A program made the translations under genes and the position numbers. Below, piece after piece: positions 10,817 to 22,669 of a DNA stretch of 64,000 bases (its first letter is position 1; each line of letters opens with the position of its first letter). This DNA is from Marsupella aquatica (taxonomy: Eukaryota > Plantae > Marchantiophyta), in contig OZ316893.1 in assembly GCA_973895155.1 (NCBI GenBank), forward strand, positions 5,656,171 to 5,720,170. Direction: 5' to 3'. Under the pieces are notes generated by a model, which did no database searches, was not told the DNA's origin, and saw only the letters and a program-made list of their open reading frames with translations.

Positions 10817-13800
10817 ATCTCCTGGGCCCGAGTGGCCTTGCCATAAGCCAAAGCTAAGGCCGACACCCACTGTTCATCCAAAATATCCCCTCGGGTATCC
10901 CTTGGAATAGCCCCTCTACCGCATGCCGCCCAAGCTTCCCTATTTCCTATCCGTCATTGGCTGACCACCCTATCTCCAAGACATGCTCATGGCCCAATTA
11001 GCTAGCTTGTCCCAAACGTTGGGACCAGTTTGGCCCGGACTCTAGCAACCATGTCACGGAATGAAAATTTGAACTTCATTCTTGCTTGCAACAGCGAAAT
11101 TGAAAGTTGAACCCAATGTTAAACCAGCTGGAGCATATCAACAAGCAATGCATTGCATGTTAGAACCTACTGAACACTGGCTAGATGGATAGTCACCCAT
11201 TCACATGTTACAATCTACTAAACACTAGCTAAATGATAATACTGCTTTCACTCCTCAAAATATGGGTGATTATGTCTATCAGTGTTTGGATACTCTACTA
11301 ATTAACTTGAGAGTTTTCTGGACAAAGTAAGTTGAAGGCCAGTCTATCTAAATAAGTCAACTCCCTCATGGAGAGAGAATCTCTTTTACTCAGTTGGCTC
11401 ATATATTGGATCGCTCTCATTCAGACTGTGTGGCTTTCACCACGCACCATTGTAATGTTTTAAGAGGCAAGAAAAGGGCATCGAGGCACATGTCTTCTTA
11501 TGACAGTGCCATAAAAGCATTTCCAGGAACTAGTATTCCTGAATTTACTATCTGCATAATTATCATCTAAGATGGGTCTCTCTCGAACATTGAACTCTTT
11601 CTCTTTTCAGTTCCAGTCATTCATCTTGAATGATCTCACCAAATTTCGTCAAGTGTAAAGACAGGGTGTAAGAGCAAACATTGAATGGGCATAGGCAGCT
11701 TGACAAGCCCAGGGACCAAGAAGGTTGGCTTGCAAGAAAGAAACCTTTCCAACCAAGTGGCCAATCTTAGATGATAATTATGCAGGCTAGCTTGATTACC
11801 CATTCCTTGCATCAAAAAGAGGTGAGTACAAAAAGCACCTTGCCAAAAACAAATTCCTCAATGGCTGTTTCTGTTCATCTCTCCCCCCTGTGTTTTTTGG
11901 GTGCACCCTCATTTTCAGTTATGCCCCTGAATTCAAGTCACTGTCTAGAGGCTTCATTCTAGAGGCGGATCTAACCCTAGATCTCAGGCCTTGAAAGTGT
12001 CTTTCCGTTGAGAACTACTAGTAAGATATTAATGGACCCAAAAAAGTTCCATACAGAGGGTCTCAGGAGGTTTGGAAAGGAGAGGCCTAGATTCTGGGGA
12101 GTCAGGGCTCATAACATGTGGGGACACAATTGTCGGCAGTATAGAAGAGAAATGTAAGACAGGGTATGGACACGTATTATATGATTGATCAAGCTTGCGT
12201 TTTTTCTGTCTGTTCTTCTTTTAGTAACTGGGCCTTCCAACATATGTAATCATATGTACACAGTAAAGTATTCATTATGGGATATAATGCCCCTGAAAGC
12301 CAGAGCTCGGGGCTAGTTTTAAGGGGTTATTATTGCCCATCATGAGCCAAAACAGTACGTTACTACAAAGAAGGCCTGAGAGATTTTTGTATTTTCTTAC
12401 TTTAGTGAAAGTAGAATAAAGTTTTGTTAAACCACACCTGCCTCTATAAAAGGCTCTTGTTCTAAAAAGTACAAGTTCAGAAATGTGCTGCTTTGAGCTC
12501 CACAAAAAATGCTGACTGCAAAAAAAAAATTGGCAAGTAGTACACAAAAGGTGCTATTGTTCCACATTTTATGGTGAGTAGTGAGACATGGAATGAGTGA
12601 CAAGTGTGATTTAAGGAGGTTGTCGAGATCGTGACTGGGCATTATGCTCCCAATGCCCTGGAATATACAAAGGGAACAAGAATGAAGGGCACTAAGACGA
12701 ACGAAGAGCTGTCAATACATCCAAGGACTCTGCGCACACGTCTAAGTGATCTTGAACAACGGAAAAGCATCAGCCACAATATCAGATACTATGACAGCCA
12801 GGTTGAACGTGGTGGGCATGAAAATTAAATAAGGTCGGATGTTCTTTTGAGGCGCGGCAGTTGAGTACCACTTCTCTTGTAAGCCCTGCTTTGTTGGCAA
12901 TTCGGACCCGGTTCTACAATTGAATGAAGGAGATCCCCATGTCAAGAGACTTTCAAATTCTGGGCTTGATGATGACCGGGTCCCTATTTGGGTGACTGTT
13001 GGCTTGGCTGGAATACTAACTCGCCACGTCTTGACAGTTGCACTTGTACATTAGTTGCGTTCCTACTCAAAACAGCAATTGTAGTATCACTGCAGCATTG
13101 GGCAAATTGGTCTGACAGAAGATCCTAAGCACATTTCGAATTTATCTCCGGATGTATGGTTGCCCTTTCAATCCACTGCAGTCGGCTACCTCATAGCAGT
13201 CTGTAAATTCCTGACTCCACGATGCGATTGCGCTCCCATCAACCTCAATTCCCATGCCGTCACTTATATGTTAGTTTTCCTCTCAACTTTTAGAGTACTT
13301 TTCAGTTCTGTGAGAATATACTTTGTGCATCGTCCCTGCCACCATGGCTGAAACAACGTTCATTCCAGTGGAGGACAGTCCTTTAACACAAACAGAGCGC
13401 AAGAGCGGCACTTTCATTCGCTATTCCTTGAATTGTTGTTAGATACTGTTCGATTCTCTCCTTTGGTCTTAGAAGTCTCGTTTGAACACTGAAACCATGC
13501 TGATGATTTTTATTTTTGGAATGACTTTAATGAAATACCCGTTAATCAGTTGCTATCTAACAGTAGTGTCTCGAAATGGCCAACTATGAAATAGTCTGTG
13601 ATTAGGCCCTTGAACTGAATTTTGAGATTCTCCTCTAGTCAAAACCCTAAACCCTAAAATCTCTCATATTCGATCAATCTATTCACTTGACCCTTGACCT
13701 CATCCGAACTAAATGTAAAGTTTTGACGTGTAGAGGGAACCTCATTGACCAACGTTTGACTTCCAGCATTTCCATGTCTGTTGCGGCTAGCAATAAGAGA

Positions 13801-15381
13801 TCCTAGGCGATTTCATAAGATTGGTCAGCCTAGTCTTTGGCGCGCTGTAGAGTTGTCAATCCACGCTTAGTTCTGTTGCACTGAGACGTGTTGTGTGGGT
13901 GCAAATGCGAGATCGTACAAGCTAATTGACAAAAGCTTCTTAAGTGGCTCAATGACACCTATCCAGATCCAAATTCGGAAGCACCACGAACAGCTAAATA
14001 ATTAGAGGGAACTCATATGACTGTTTATATGTTCAGTTTGTTTCCGTCATCTGGTTGGAGTTCCTTGCTGCATAGAAAGCACCAACGATTGTGTGCTTCT
14101 TTGTAATGTAAAAATCCAAACAGGAATGTACATAGAAAATGCATCAAGATATGGAACGGAAAATACAGAGGTTATCCCTCATGGACATAATTAGATATTT
14201 CGAGTTGCGCAAAGTTGTAAAGTTGCCCAAGAACCAGGCATCGTCGACCTACGTAAAATGCAGTTAAGAAAATGTTTCTTGTTGACAATTTCTACGTCTT
14301 TTGTTCCCTACATCATTCTGTCTCCCAAAATTTCGACCTTGACTTCAGTACTTGGGTGATTTCTGGAAACCTGGTGTTTAGCATGATTGGCATAATAAAA
14401 CATTCTCAGTATCGATTCCCAGCTTAGAAAACTCTAGTTTAGCTCATGCGTCATTCGAAGTGTTTATCTGGCTTGTCGATCATCAACACTCCAATTGGCA
14501 TCCTTCGACCGAGATTTTCTACCCGTCGATCTGACTTATCAGTTTCCAGTTGTAGGTCAATAAGTGCTCGTTTCCAGTTGTAGGACAGTAAGTAAAAGTA
14601 AGTACTCTGCGTACGCAATTAGGACGAGAGTATAACTTGTGGAAAACTGGGAGTTCCACGACGAAGTGTCTCGTCTCTTCTCATGCTTTTATTCAATTCT
14701 TGCACTCTTCTAAGTATCAGATAGATTTGTATGTGTAACTACAAATTTATGAACAAAATTGCAAATAGTTAAAACTACTAGAAAAGTGAGTTGGTGGACC
14801 TGCAGAGTCCATTCTGCTCTCTTTTAAACGTACCACGTGGCTAATAAATTTTCCCCGAAAACCAAATGGCTGACGCAAAGTCTTTATAAATTCAGAGAAG
14901 CCTCGTTAACGAAGTCCAGAACAATGTAGAATGGAGCACGAATCTAACGTACTGGCTTTAAGAACAACGCGCAGAAGCTCTTCTTTCCAGAATCTTGCAC
15001 GTTGCAGAATGGAGCGCAAACGCCGCGTAATGGCTGAAAACACAAGTGCAGAAAATTTTTCTCCGAAATCTCACGCGAAAGTTTACAAGGTTATACCCAA
15101 GAAGTACATTGCTGTAAAAGAAATCCCCCATCTATCCCGTAAAACTTCAATCCTTTTTTATCAATGAAAAAGAGGAATTCAGTGTAAAAATGGGAAAGAG
15201 CATATACTTTGAACAGAGTGTGCTTTGAAAAATTAGGTTTAAGAAAATATACAATCACAGGATCTCTTTTAAGGGAGACGGACCTTCATATACATATAAT
15301 TACACAATCCCTTCCATCAAATCACCCATTGTGGAGGAGCTTCCCACACTTCATCTATATCTTCCGATCACAAGTCTCTGT

Positions 15382-15804
15382 TCACTTGTTTGCTGCTGTG
15401 AATTTCAAGGAAATACTGTTCACACAGTGCCTCTCATCCGTAGGAGTGGAAAACCCTTCACCCTTGAAGGTATGACCTAAATGACCACCGCATGCGGTGC
15501 ATGTGATCTCAATTCGCCTCCCGTCTGCATCAGCCGTTTCTTTAATAGCTCCAGGCAATCCCTCGTAGAAGGCAGGCCAACCACACCCAGAATTGAACTT
15601 CGTGGTCGACTTATACAAAGGAGTTCCACAGCCAGCACATTCGTACACGCCATCTTCGGTGGACTTGTCATACTTCCCGGTCCCTGCCCGCTCGGTTCCC
15701 TTCTGCCTCAGAATCCGAAACTGCTCGGGAGACAGCACCGTTCGCCACTCCTGCTCGCTCTTCTGGACCGTCGGAATGCCCGCAGCCGCGTCGCTGGAAG
15801 CCAT
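15382..15804 (-). CDS. MSRB: Peptide methionine sulfoxide reductase B (cytosolic 2-Cys, Zn-binding type), 140 aa, intronless CDS
   Basis: KSEQEWRTVLSPEQFRILRQKGTE, YECAGCGTPLYKSTTKFNSGCGWPAF, EITCTACGGHLGH, RHCVNSISL. The true ATG is at 15804 (MASSD); the ORF-track start at 15921 is a TTG. Confidence 0.97.
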   Translation of the reverse strand: MASSDAAAGIPTVQKSEQEWRTVLSPEQFRILRQKGTERAGTGKYDKSTEDGVYECAGCGTPLYKSTTKFNSGCGWPAFYEGLPGAIKETADADGRRIEITCTACGGHLGHTFKGEGFSTPTDERHCVNSISLKFTAANK

Positions 15805-15939
15805 CGCCTCTTGTTGTTCCCGCTGGTACCAAGTTCTAGGTAGGGCTGGAGAGCGCAAGGGGAGAGGAGAAGGATAAAGACGAAGACAGAGACTGAGGAA
15901 GAGCGCGGAGAAATTGATCAATTAATTAAAACTGGGGCA

Positions 15940-16180
15940 CATGCAGATGGAGCGGCTCTTACAGAATTGATCGTTTGAACCAAGGTGCTGCTACTGTAGA
16001 TATAGATGTAGAGATAGAGATAGAGCGGCTATTGAAGAATTGATCGATTGAATTGAAATTCTGCTACTGCAGATATAGATGTAGATGCTACTGAAGAATT
16101 GTTCGACCAATTGAAAAATAGTACTGCAGCAGATGCATATGGCGCGGCTCTTGAAGAATTGATTGATCGATTGAGAGAAG
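15940..16180. repeat. Degenerate ~60-70-bp tandem repeat upstream of MsrB, probably within a 5'UTR intron
   Basis: gcggct(c/a)ttgaagaattgatcgattgaa...gctactg(c/t)agatatagatgtaga recurs 3-4 times. Candidate minus-strand donor AAG|GTGAGT near 16307 and acceptor CTCTCCAG near 15846. Confidence 0.6.
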
Positions 16181-16449
16181 GGGTGGCTGCTGAATTTAAC
16201 CAGAAGGTGGAGTGCAGCTTTGAGCTGATGATAACGAAGGCTACTGCTGACCTCCTCCGGCCATGATCTGCGGCAAGCAAACTGTCGTAATGTACCTGTC
16301 TACTCACCTTATTCGTTCGTTCTTTCTGCTGCTGCTTCGATGCTCTCTCGAAGCTCCTTCCTTTCGGACTGCTTCCTCGTGGGCTCACTCTTTGCGCGTT
16401 TTGCTGTTCCCATGGATGCTACAGTCACCCGTTGTAAGACAGTGTACAC

Positions 16450-19022
16450 CAGCGTATTTTTTAAGGATTTCACTTTTTTGGGGCAGAGTGGCGAATGTAA
16501 AGTGTGTGAGTGATAAGATGCTCAAAAGATTCCTTATTCAATTATTTTCCTGACCGTCAGATTTCCCTAGATTTAAGGCTGACCGTTAGATTCTGGCTAA
16601 TGGGGCCTGGGATTAGGTGAAACACTGGCTAATGAGCCAGCAAAATAGTAGCGAATTTTAGCCAAAAGTGGCGAAGGATTTTTGGGGAGGTGGAATTTAG
16701 CTAATTTTCGCCACTAATTGGTGTACACCAGGGTAATCCAATCACAGTCGACTCTCCCTGAGTGCAATATCTATCAGGGCAAAAAGTTACTAAGTGCAAG
16801 GCATCGTGTTCTTCCCTTGTGTTTTATGTGGAGTTTGTATTCTTCTGTGCCTTTTCTAAGTGCAAAACAGCCCTGGAAGATTTTCGCTGAATGACAATTT
16901 TATCAGAACCAAACCCTTGGTAAGTGTAGATTTGCACTTATTGGTAAGCGCATGATACCATCAAGTTGCATGTACTGATATGTGCACATCCATGTTGAGT
17001 GAAGTAAAAAATGCAGTGATGGAGAAGGACGCCAAATTTAGGGCAGGTATGTACAAATTGTGTGACGAGTCATGAGACTGATCACTATACGGGATATATA
17101 TCATGCACACTTATTGTAAGTACATATTTTGGAGGTTTTGCACTTATCACCCCGGTTTTGGTTTTACAGTCAGAAAAGGTGCAAAATGGGGTCCAAGGGC
17201 TATTTTAAGGTTTTCCTTGTGTGGGCTGGCAAATTTCAACTTGTGTGGAGGAGAGGATGCCACGAAGATTATATATCTAATTTGCCTAGTTTAATTTGTT
17301 ACCATTGGATTTCAGATATCGATCAGATTCTGGGTAGTGGGGTCTACGGTTAGGTGGAATCAGGGGTGGAATAATGCCTAATTGCAGACACAAAATCTGG
17401 CTAATTTTTGCCACAAGTAGAAAAGACTTTTCAGTGAGGTGAATTTGGAAAAGTTTTGCCACTACAAAAACACAAGTGTAAACCAACATTCTGTATTGGT
17501 TAGAGTCATCCCTCTCTAAGTGCAATGTTTTTCAAGGGCAAAATCACACAGTGCAAGAAATCTGTCACTCCCCAATTGAGGAATTTTTGCTTACCATTGT
17601 TCCTCTCTAAATGCAACCTTGTGAAGGGCAAAACACACTAATGCAAGACCGAATGCAAGCAACTGGTCAACCTCCAATGGATTTCCAGTTTCTTGCTAAC
17701 TGCCCAAAAAGTGGGTAGAAGAGACAAAGCAAACTGCTGAAGACAATTCTAGAAGTGTGATGCCTCAGTAACTGCAAATTTTGCATTACAGTATATACAA
17801 ACACTAACAATGGTAGAGGCCAGTTTGCAATCAATGAGGGTCCCGGTTAGTATAAGACACTCCAGGTGTGGTATCACTTAGCACATTCTCTTCAATGCTA
17901 ACAAAGAATTCCATGACTCATTCTCAATTGAGTTTTTGGAATTGTTTGTTTATTGTTTAGTGCAATCCTTGCACTACTTCGAAAGTGCCAAAAATAAACT
18001 TAGGCTTTGTATTATCAAAGATTGCAAATTTTAGACTAACACATTTGTAGATCTCCATGACTCTATCCCACTGTGCAATTAATTCATGGCTCGCCAGCAC
18101 ACACATACACATAGATCATTGTGATTTGGATTGGACTGTATGACACAGATTTTGCAAGACAGATGTACATGGCTCCTCTAAATTACCATGGACAAGCATT
18201 CCTGGGAAACTCATTTATTGTTGCTCATTGGGTCCAGCCATTCATGTTGCCTTTCGTGGTGCATTGTCTAGACCTGCACAGAAGGAGAAGGTGCAAACAT
18301 ATATGAGGGTGCATGTGGCTGCCTACTGTGTGGGGATCCACATACATACCCTTTACATCAGTTATCCCATCAAGCAGAGCCCACTAACCGGAAGACATTG
18401 AGGTTTTGAGTTGATCTTATAAGTTGAGTTGAGGTTTATAAGTATACTTGAGTGAATCAGCTTAATTTTTAATTTTTGGCCAGGGTGGAGAATGTCACTT
18501 TCTGTAAGAGATAAGATACTAAGAATGTTCCTTATCTACGCGTTTGTATATGAATTTCTGCCCATTACATCTACCAATATTCCTAACTCTAACATTCTGG
18601 CTAAGTGGGTCCTTTGGCCCGGTGGCAAGCTGGCTACTTGAAGACTAAAAACCTAGCAGATTTTCCTCCGGTAGCAAGCTTCCCACGGTGCCACACACCC
18701 TTAAAGTAATCTAGGAAATTAGGCACCAAAGTTACTTCCGGTAGACAGCTTCCCACGGTGCGACATACCCTTAAAATAATCTAGTAAATTAGTCACCTTG
18801 TCTGAAGGAGAAAATCTTAAGAAGATTCGTTATGTACATTTTTTAAATTAATTTCCGAACCTTGGTTCTCTCAAGATTTGAAGCTAACCATCAGATTCGG
18901 GCTCTGGCTATGTGGAGACTGGCTGTTGGACGACAGTAAACCTAGCTAATTGGAGCCAATAGTGGCCAAGAGTTTTAGGTGAAAAGGGCTCGACAGCGAA
19001 TTTTCCCCACCAAAAAACGCTG
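16450..19022. mobile_element. Possible degraded hAT-like DNA transposon
   Basis: Ends cagcgtatttttt / aaaaaacgctg; recurring subterminal tggcgaa/tagcgaa/tggctaa motifs; internal repeats (tct..aagtgcaa..aagggcaaaa); faint minus-strand YCNAKFAVTEASHF. No matching TSD. Confidence 0.3.
18667..18798. repeat. ~60-bp direct duplication
   Basis: tccggtag..agcttcccacggtgc.aca.acccttaaa.taatctag.aaattag.cacc occurs twice. Confidence 0.85.
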
Positions 19023-21048
19023 ACCTGAATTCTAAACGCTATTCGTCCCCTTTGAACGCTACAGTGAGCGTGGACTGTCAGTACAGCTCAGTCTAATAGA
19101 ATCATACATTACCAATTTACCATGCCATTCAGAATCTTCCGTGAAAAAGTGGGGATGAACGCTTTCTTGCAGTGTAGGACAATCCATATCCATGCTACAG
19201 TCTAATCCTAGTCTGATGATTCTCGTCGATCAAGTGTTGCCAGTCGAGATGGATACGAGGCTACGGCGGGACAACGTTTTGAGGCCAGCTTCAACTCTGT
19301 CAGATTTTGGGGTTGCTCTTTCGCATCGCCAAGAACAGTATTGTGGTCTTGCTGGGTCTTTGAGTGTGGTAACAACAATACCAGTTTCCCAGTTGCCGCT
19401 CCGGATGAGCCACCAATCAGCTCGATCGCCAAGCAAGTCGATCAACTCATCAGTCTTCATGGTGATCGACCACTTCTGGCGATTCGTTTGTCGTGGGTAA
19501 ACTGGGCAATGGTGAGTTTTCCTACTGTAGAAGAAAGTCCAAACTCCAAAGGAACAAAGGGATTTCTTCTTTTTATCACAGTTAGGCCGCACAGATTGAC
19601 CTTCACTACAATCAGCCCATTTACTCCAGTCCTCTCTGGGTGTCGGAAGTCTTCTGAAGCTCCCCTCCAGTATTGCTAGTGGTGAAATTGCGATAAATTT
19701 TATCTCGTCCAGAAACTTTACCAGTTTTGGCAAAAATTGGCCACGAGTTCTGATTCTCATAAATGTCCGGGTGAGAAGCCCAACGAGTCTTAGGCTAGAG
19801 CACATGAGCTACCACTAAGTAAGGAGGGCGATGCAGTTTCACTCTTAGAAATCTGGGTGAGTTATTCTATTCATGTGCATATGAATTCTGCTTCGTGAAC
19901 TCAAGACTACCTGGTGACTTATAAATTGGCTTCTCTGGTTCACCCTTCAGCTCTTTGGTCTTGTCATTTAGGAGTGAGTAAAGGCCTTGTCGTTTAGCTG
20001 TAAGTAAAACAACCCAGTCCAGCAATTGCGGCGCGCCCTGAGGTGAGGCATTTACGGAAAACTCTAGCAACACTCTTACCAGGTCACAAGGCCTATCAGG
20101 CACAATCTAATCTAATTGAAGGTATTCCTTAAATCTATGGAGATTTTAGGTCAAAAATAGATTAGGAAATAGATCTAGGAAATATAGATAGAAAATATCT
20201 TCTCCTTCACACAAGATAACCTTAGGTACTCAGGTGATAAGTACCCTCAATGTATACTTTTTTTCACAGGTTTAGTGTGATTCGTTGACATATTGGAGAC
20301 CAAAAATGGAGTCACTGTAAGATTTGTACGCCTTGCAAAGGTTTGCAGTTATATGTTGTGCACTTAGGTAACTGTTAGGGAGACTTCTACTCGATCAACT
20401 TTTTTCGTGTAGAATGCCTTTCAAAAATGTACTAATCAAACACTATTATATGTATTCCAGCCCAAAGTCCTCGCCAGTTACAGAAAGAGTTATGTTCCCT
20501 ACAATACATGCTCCAGAGCAGGATGTCTATCCTCTCTTGGATGGGCCTGCTTTGGGTTTTCAAGGCAAAAAAGAATTTATATATATACTATGGTCCGTAA
20601 CCCATCCTTGTCCTCACATGATGGGTGTTCCCTAACTAATCCTTGTCCTCACATAAAGGACTGCTTTGTCAAAACACACACATACAAGTATGTACTCTCA
20701 TCACTACTTCTCCTCGGCCTTCTCCTCGGCCACTTGTTGGCCACTTTGTGGTGCCTGTTCCAACCCTTTCTTCTTCCTGGTAGTGTCTTTGTCAAATCCT
20801 TGGGTACTGTGCCCCCTTGTGGGCTACCCTACACCAATGCATACTCCAAAGTAGAGAGTTGTATGGGTTTCCTTTCACCCCCCCCCCCCTAAAAAAAAGC
20901 CATGCTGGATAGGCAGACATTCACAGGGCCTGGACCTGACCTGACATGCGGACGCCCTTCCTTAGGTTTTTTTTGCAACAGTTTCTTGTCCTTTGCATTG
21001 CCACTAACAATGTGTAACAAAAGAGCATTGCACTACTAGAAAAAGTCT

Positions 21049-21272
21049 AGGGATTTGCTTGATCAGATCCCAAAATGAAACCCATCCCAAAATGTAACCT
21101 GTTACTTGATAGGACCCCTGAGTGATTGAAAGGGATTTGCTTGATCAGACCCCAAAATGAAATGTGTTACTTGATAGGACCCAATAAATTGACCTTGAAT
21201 CAATCTACCCAAAACTTCAGGGGTCGTGTCAAGTAATGACTCCATTCATTTTGGTGTCCGACTAAGCAAGCC
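21049..21272. mobile_element. MITE-like foldback element with duplicated left arm
   Basis: gggatttgcttgatcaga.cccaaaatgaa...gttacttgataggaccc occurs twice (21050, 21132). The right end reverse-complements to ggcttgcttagtcggacaccaaaatgaa...ttacttgacacgacccctga. Confidence 0.7.
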
Positions 21273-22669
21273 AGAAGAGGCAAACAAAATACAAACCACT
21301 GTAGTAAAAGGAAAAAGGGGCCCAGAGAGAAAGACAAACTTGTAGAAGTAAAAGAGGTCATGAGATGACAAATACTCTCACAGGGGCCAGAGAGAAAGAC
21401 AACCTAGTAAAAGTAAAAGAGAGTAAAAGTAAAAGAGGTCAAGAGATGACAAATCCAGATTTTTCTCGCTTTTTCAACACGCTACGAGAAGTTGCGACCT
21501 GATTGGGTTAATGGGTTGGAAAGACAACTTGCTAGAGAGGCCAAAACGCTCCAGCTCTATTCTGAGCGACTGGACTCAAATTGCGGGAAGTCTGTTGCTC
21601 GACCTGTCTCCCGGTCGAGCCGGTCTGGTGTTGTTGTTCCTTCGCAGTTCTATATACATGAACAGTGAACTTCAGCAACTTTACTTTGCAACTTGGCTGC
21701 ACACTTCCAGAAAATAATCTTCACTGTTCCTGACCGGCCAGTCATTGACTTATCGGCTCGCCTGCAGATAATACCCAACTTTCAACGCGTGGGAATGCCT
21801 AGTCGGTGTGGAGGATCTTGCAAAAACGCTGCATACGCAAGGGGCCGCAGGCAAAGTAATGTTTTCGTATGATTGGAGAGGAAGAAACGGAGGGGCGAGC
21901 CGGTAAAGTGATTCGTTCATTGGAGGCGAAGAAAAGTAAGAAGAAGCGTTTAGATTGATGCGGGCTTTGTCGAATCAGACGTGGTTTGGGTACGAAGTAG
22001 TCGGTCGGTAATCCAAGCCGTGTTGAGTGATCCAACTATTCGTAGGAAGATGGATGAAATGGTTCGGCTCTACTGTAGTTAGAATGATTGTAAGCAACAG
22101 CCGGCAGCGTTTGAGAGACTCGGTCAAGTTAGAGGGGATGGAAGAATTGAATGACGGATTCTAGAGAAGGTCGGAGTTGGACTAGTGGTTAGGGGAATTG
22201 GACGAGGAGGGATTCCTCTTAGGCAAGCTCTTCGATCTTAATGAGACCCTTATCATACTTCGTGGACGTAAATGTTTAGCACCTAAATAATGCAGCTGCT
22301 GAGAAATTGGTGCCGTCAGGAATCTCTTCGTATCGATGGTCGGTGTTTACCTGTAAAAGCAGCTATCCTTAGAAGTCTAGCTCATGATTTGATCAAGAAA
22401 AATGTAGTGGCAGTTATTGGTGATCGAGAGGAAGTAGCAGTCAGAAGATTTGCGAAGGCTCAATGTATCAAGAATTGATCACTGAAAAAGTAGCCAGATA
22501 CCCATTTTGAAGATTCAATGGATGAATACTTGAAGAACAATTCATCGACGTAGTGACAGTCAGGGTCGCCCCGTGGCGAAGAGGCTGGTACTTAAGGAAC
22601 ATTGTCAGATAATCGTCAGTTGTAATTGAAGCTTTGGAGGTCAAGATTGTGGACAGCGGATTTGTGTAT

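Noticed and set aside
11230-12000. Possible LINE ORF1 remnant; shares gtctagaggcttcattc with ~41848
   Set aside because: Too degraded to support a translation-based call
13642-13659. Telomere-like aaaccctaaaccctaaa
   Set aside because: Only two units; an interstitial telo-box with no adjacent gene
15481-15877. + strand ORFs over MsrB
   Set aside because: Antisense shadows of a GC-rich CDS
15805-15921. N-terminal signal/transit-like extension of MsrB in the ORF track
   Set aside because: Starts at TTG and runs through a pyrimidine tract and acceptor, so it is more likely intron or UTR
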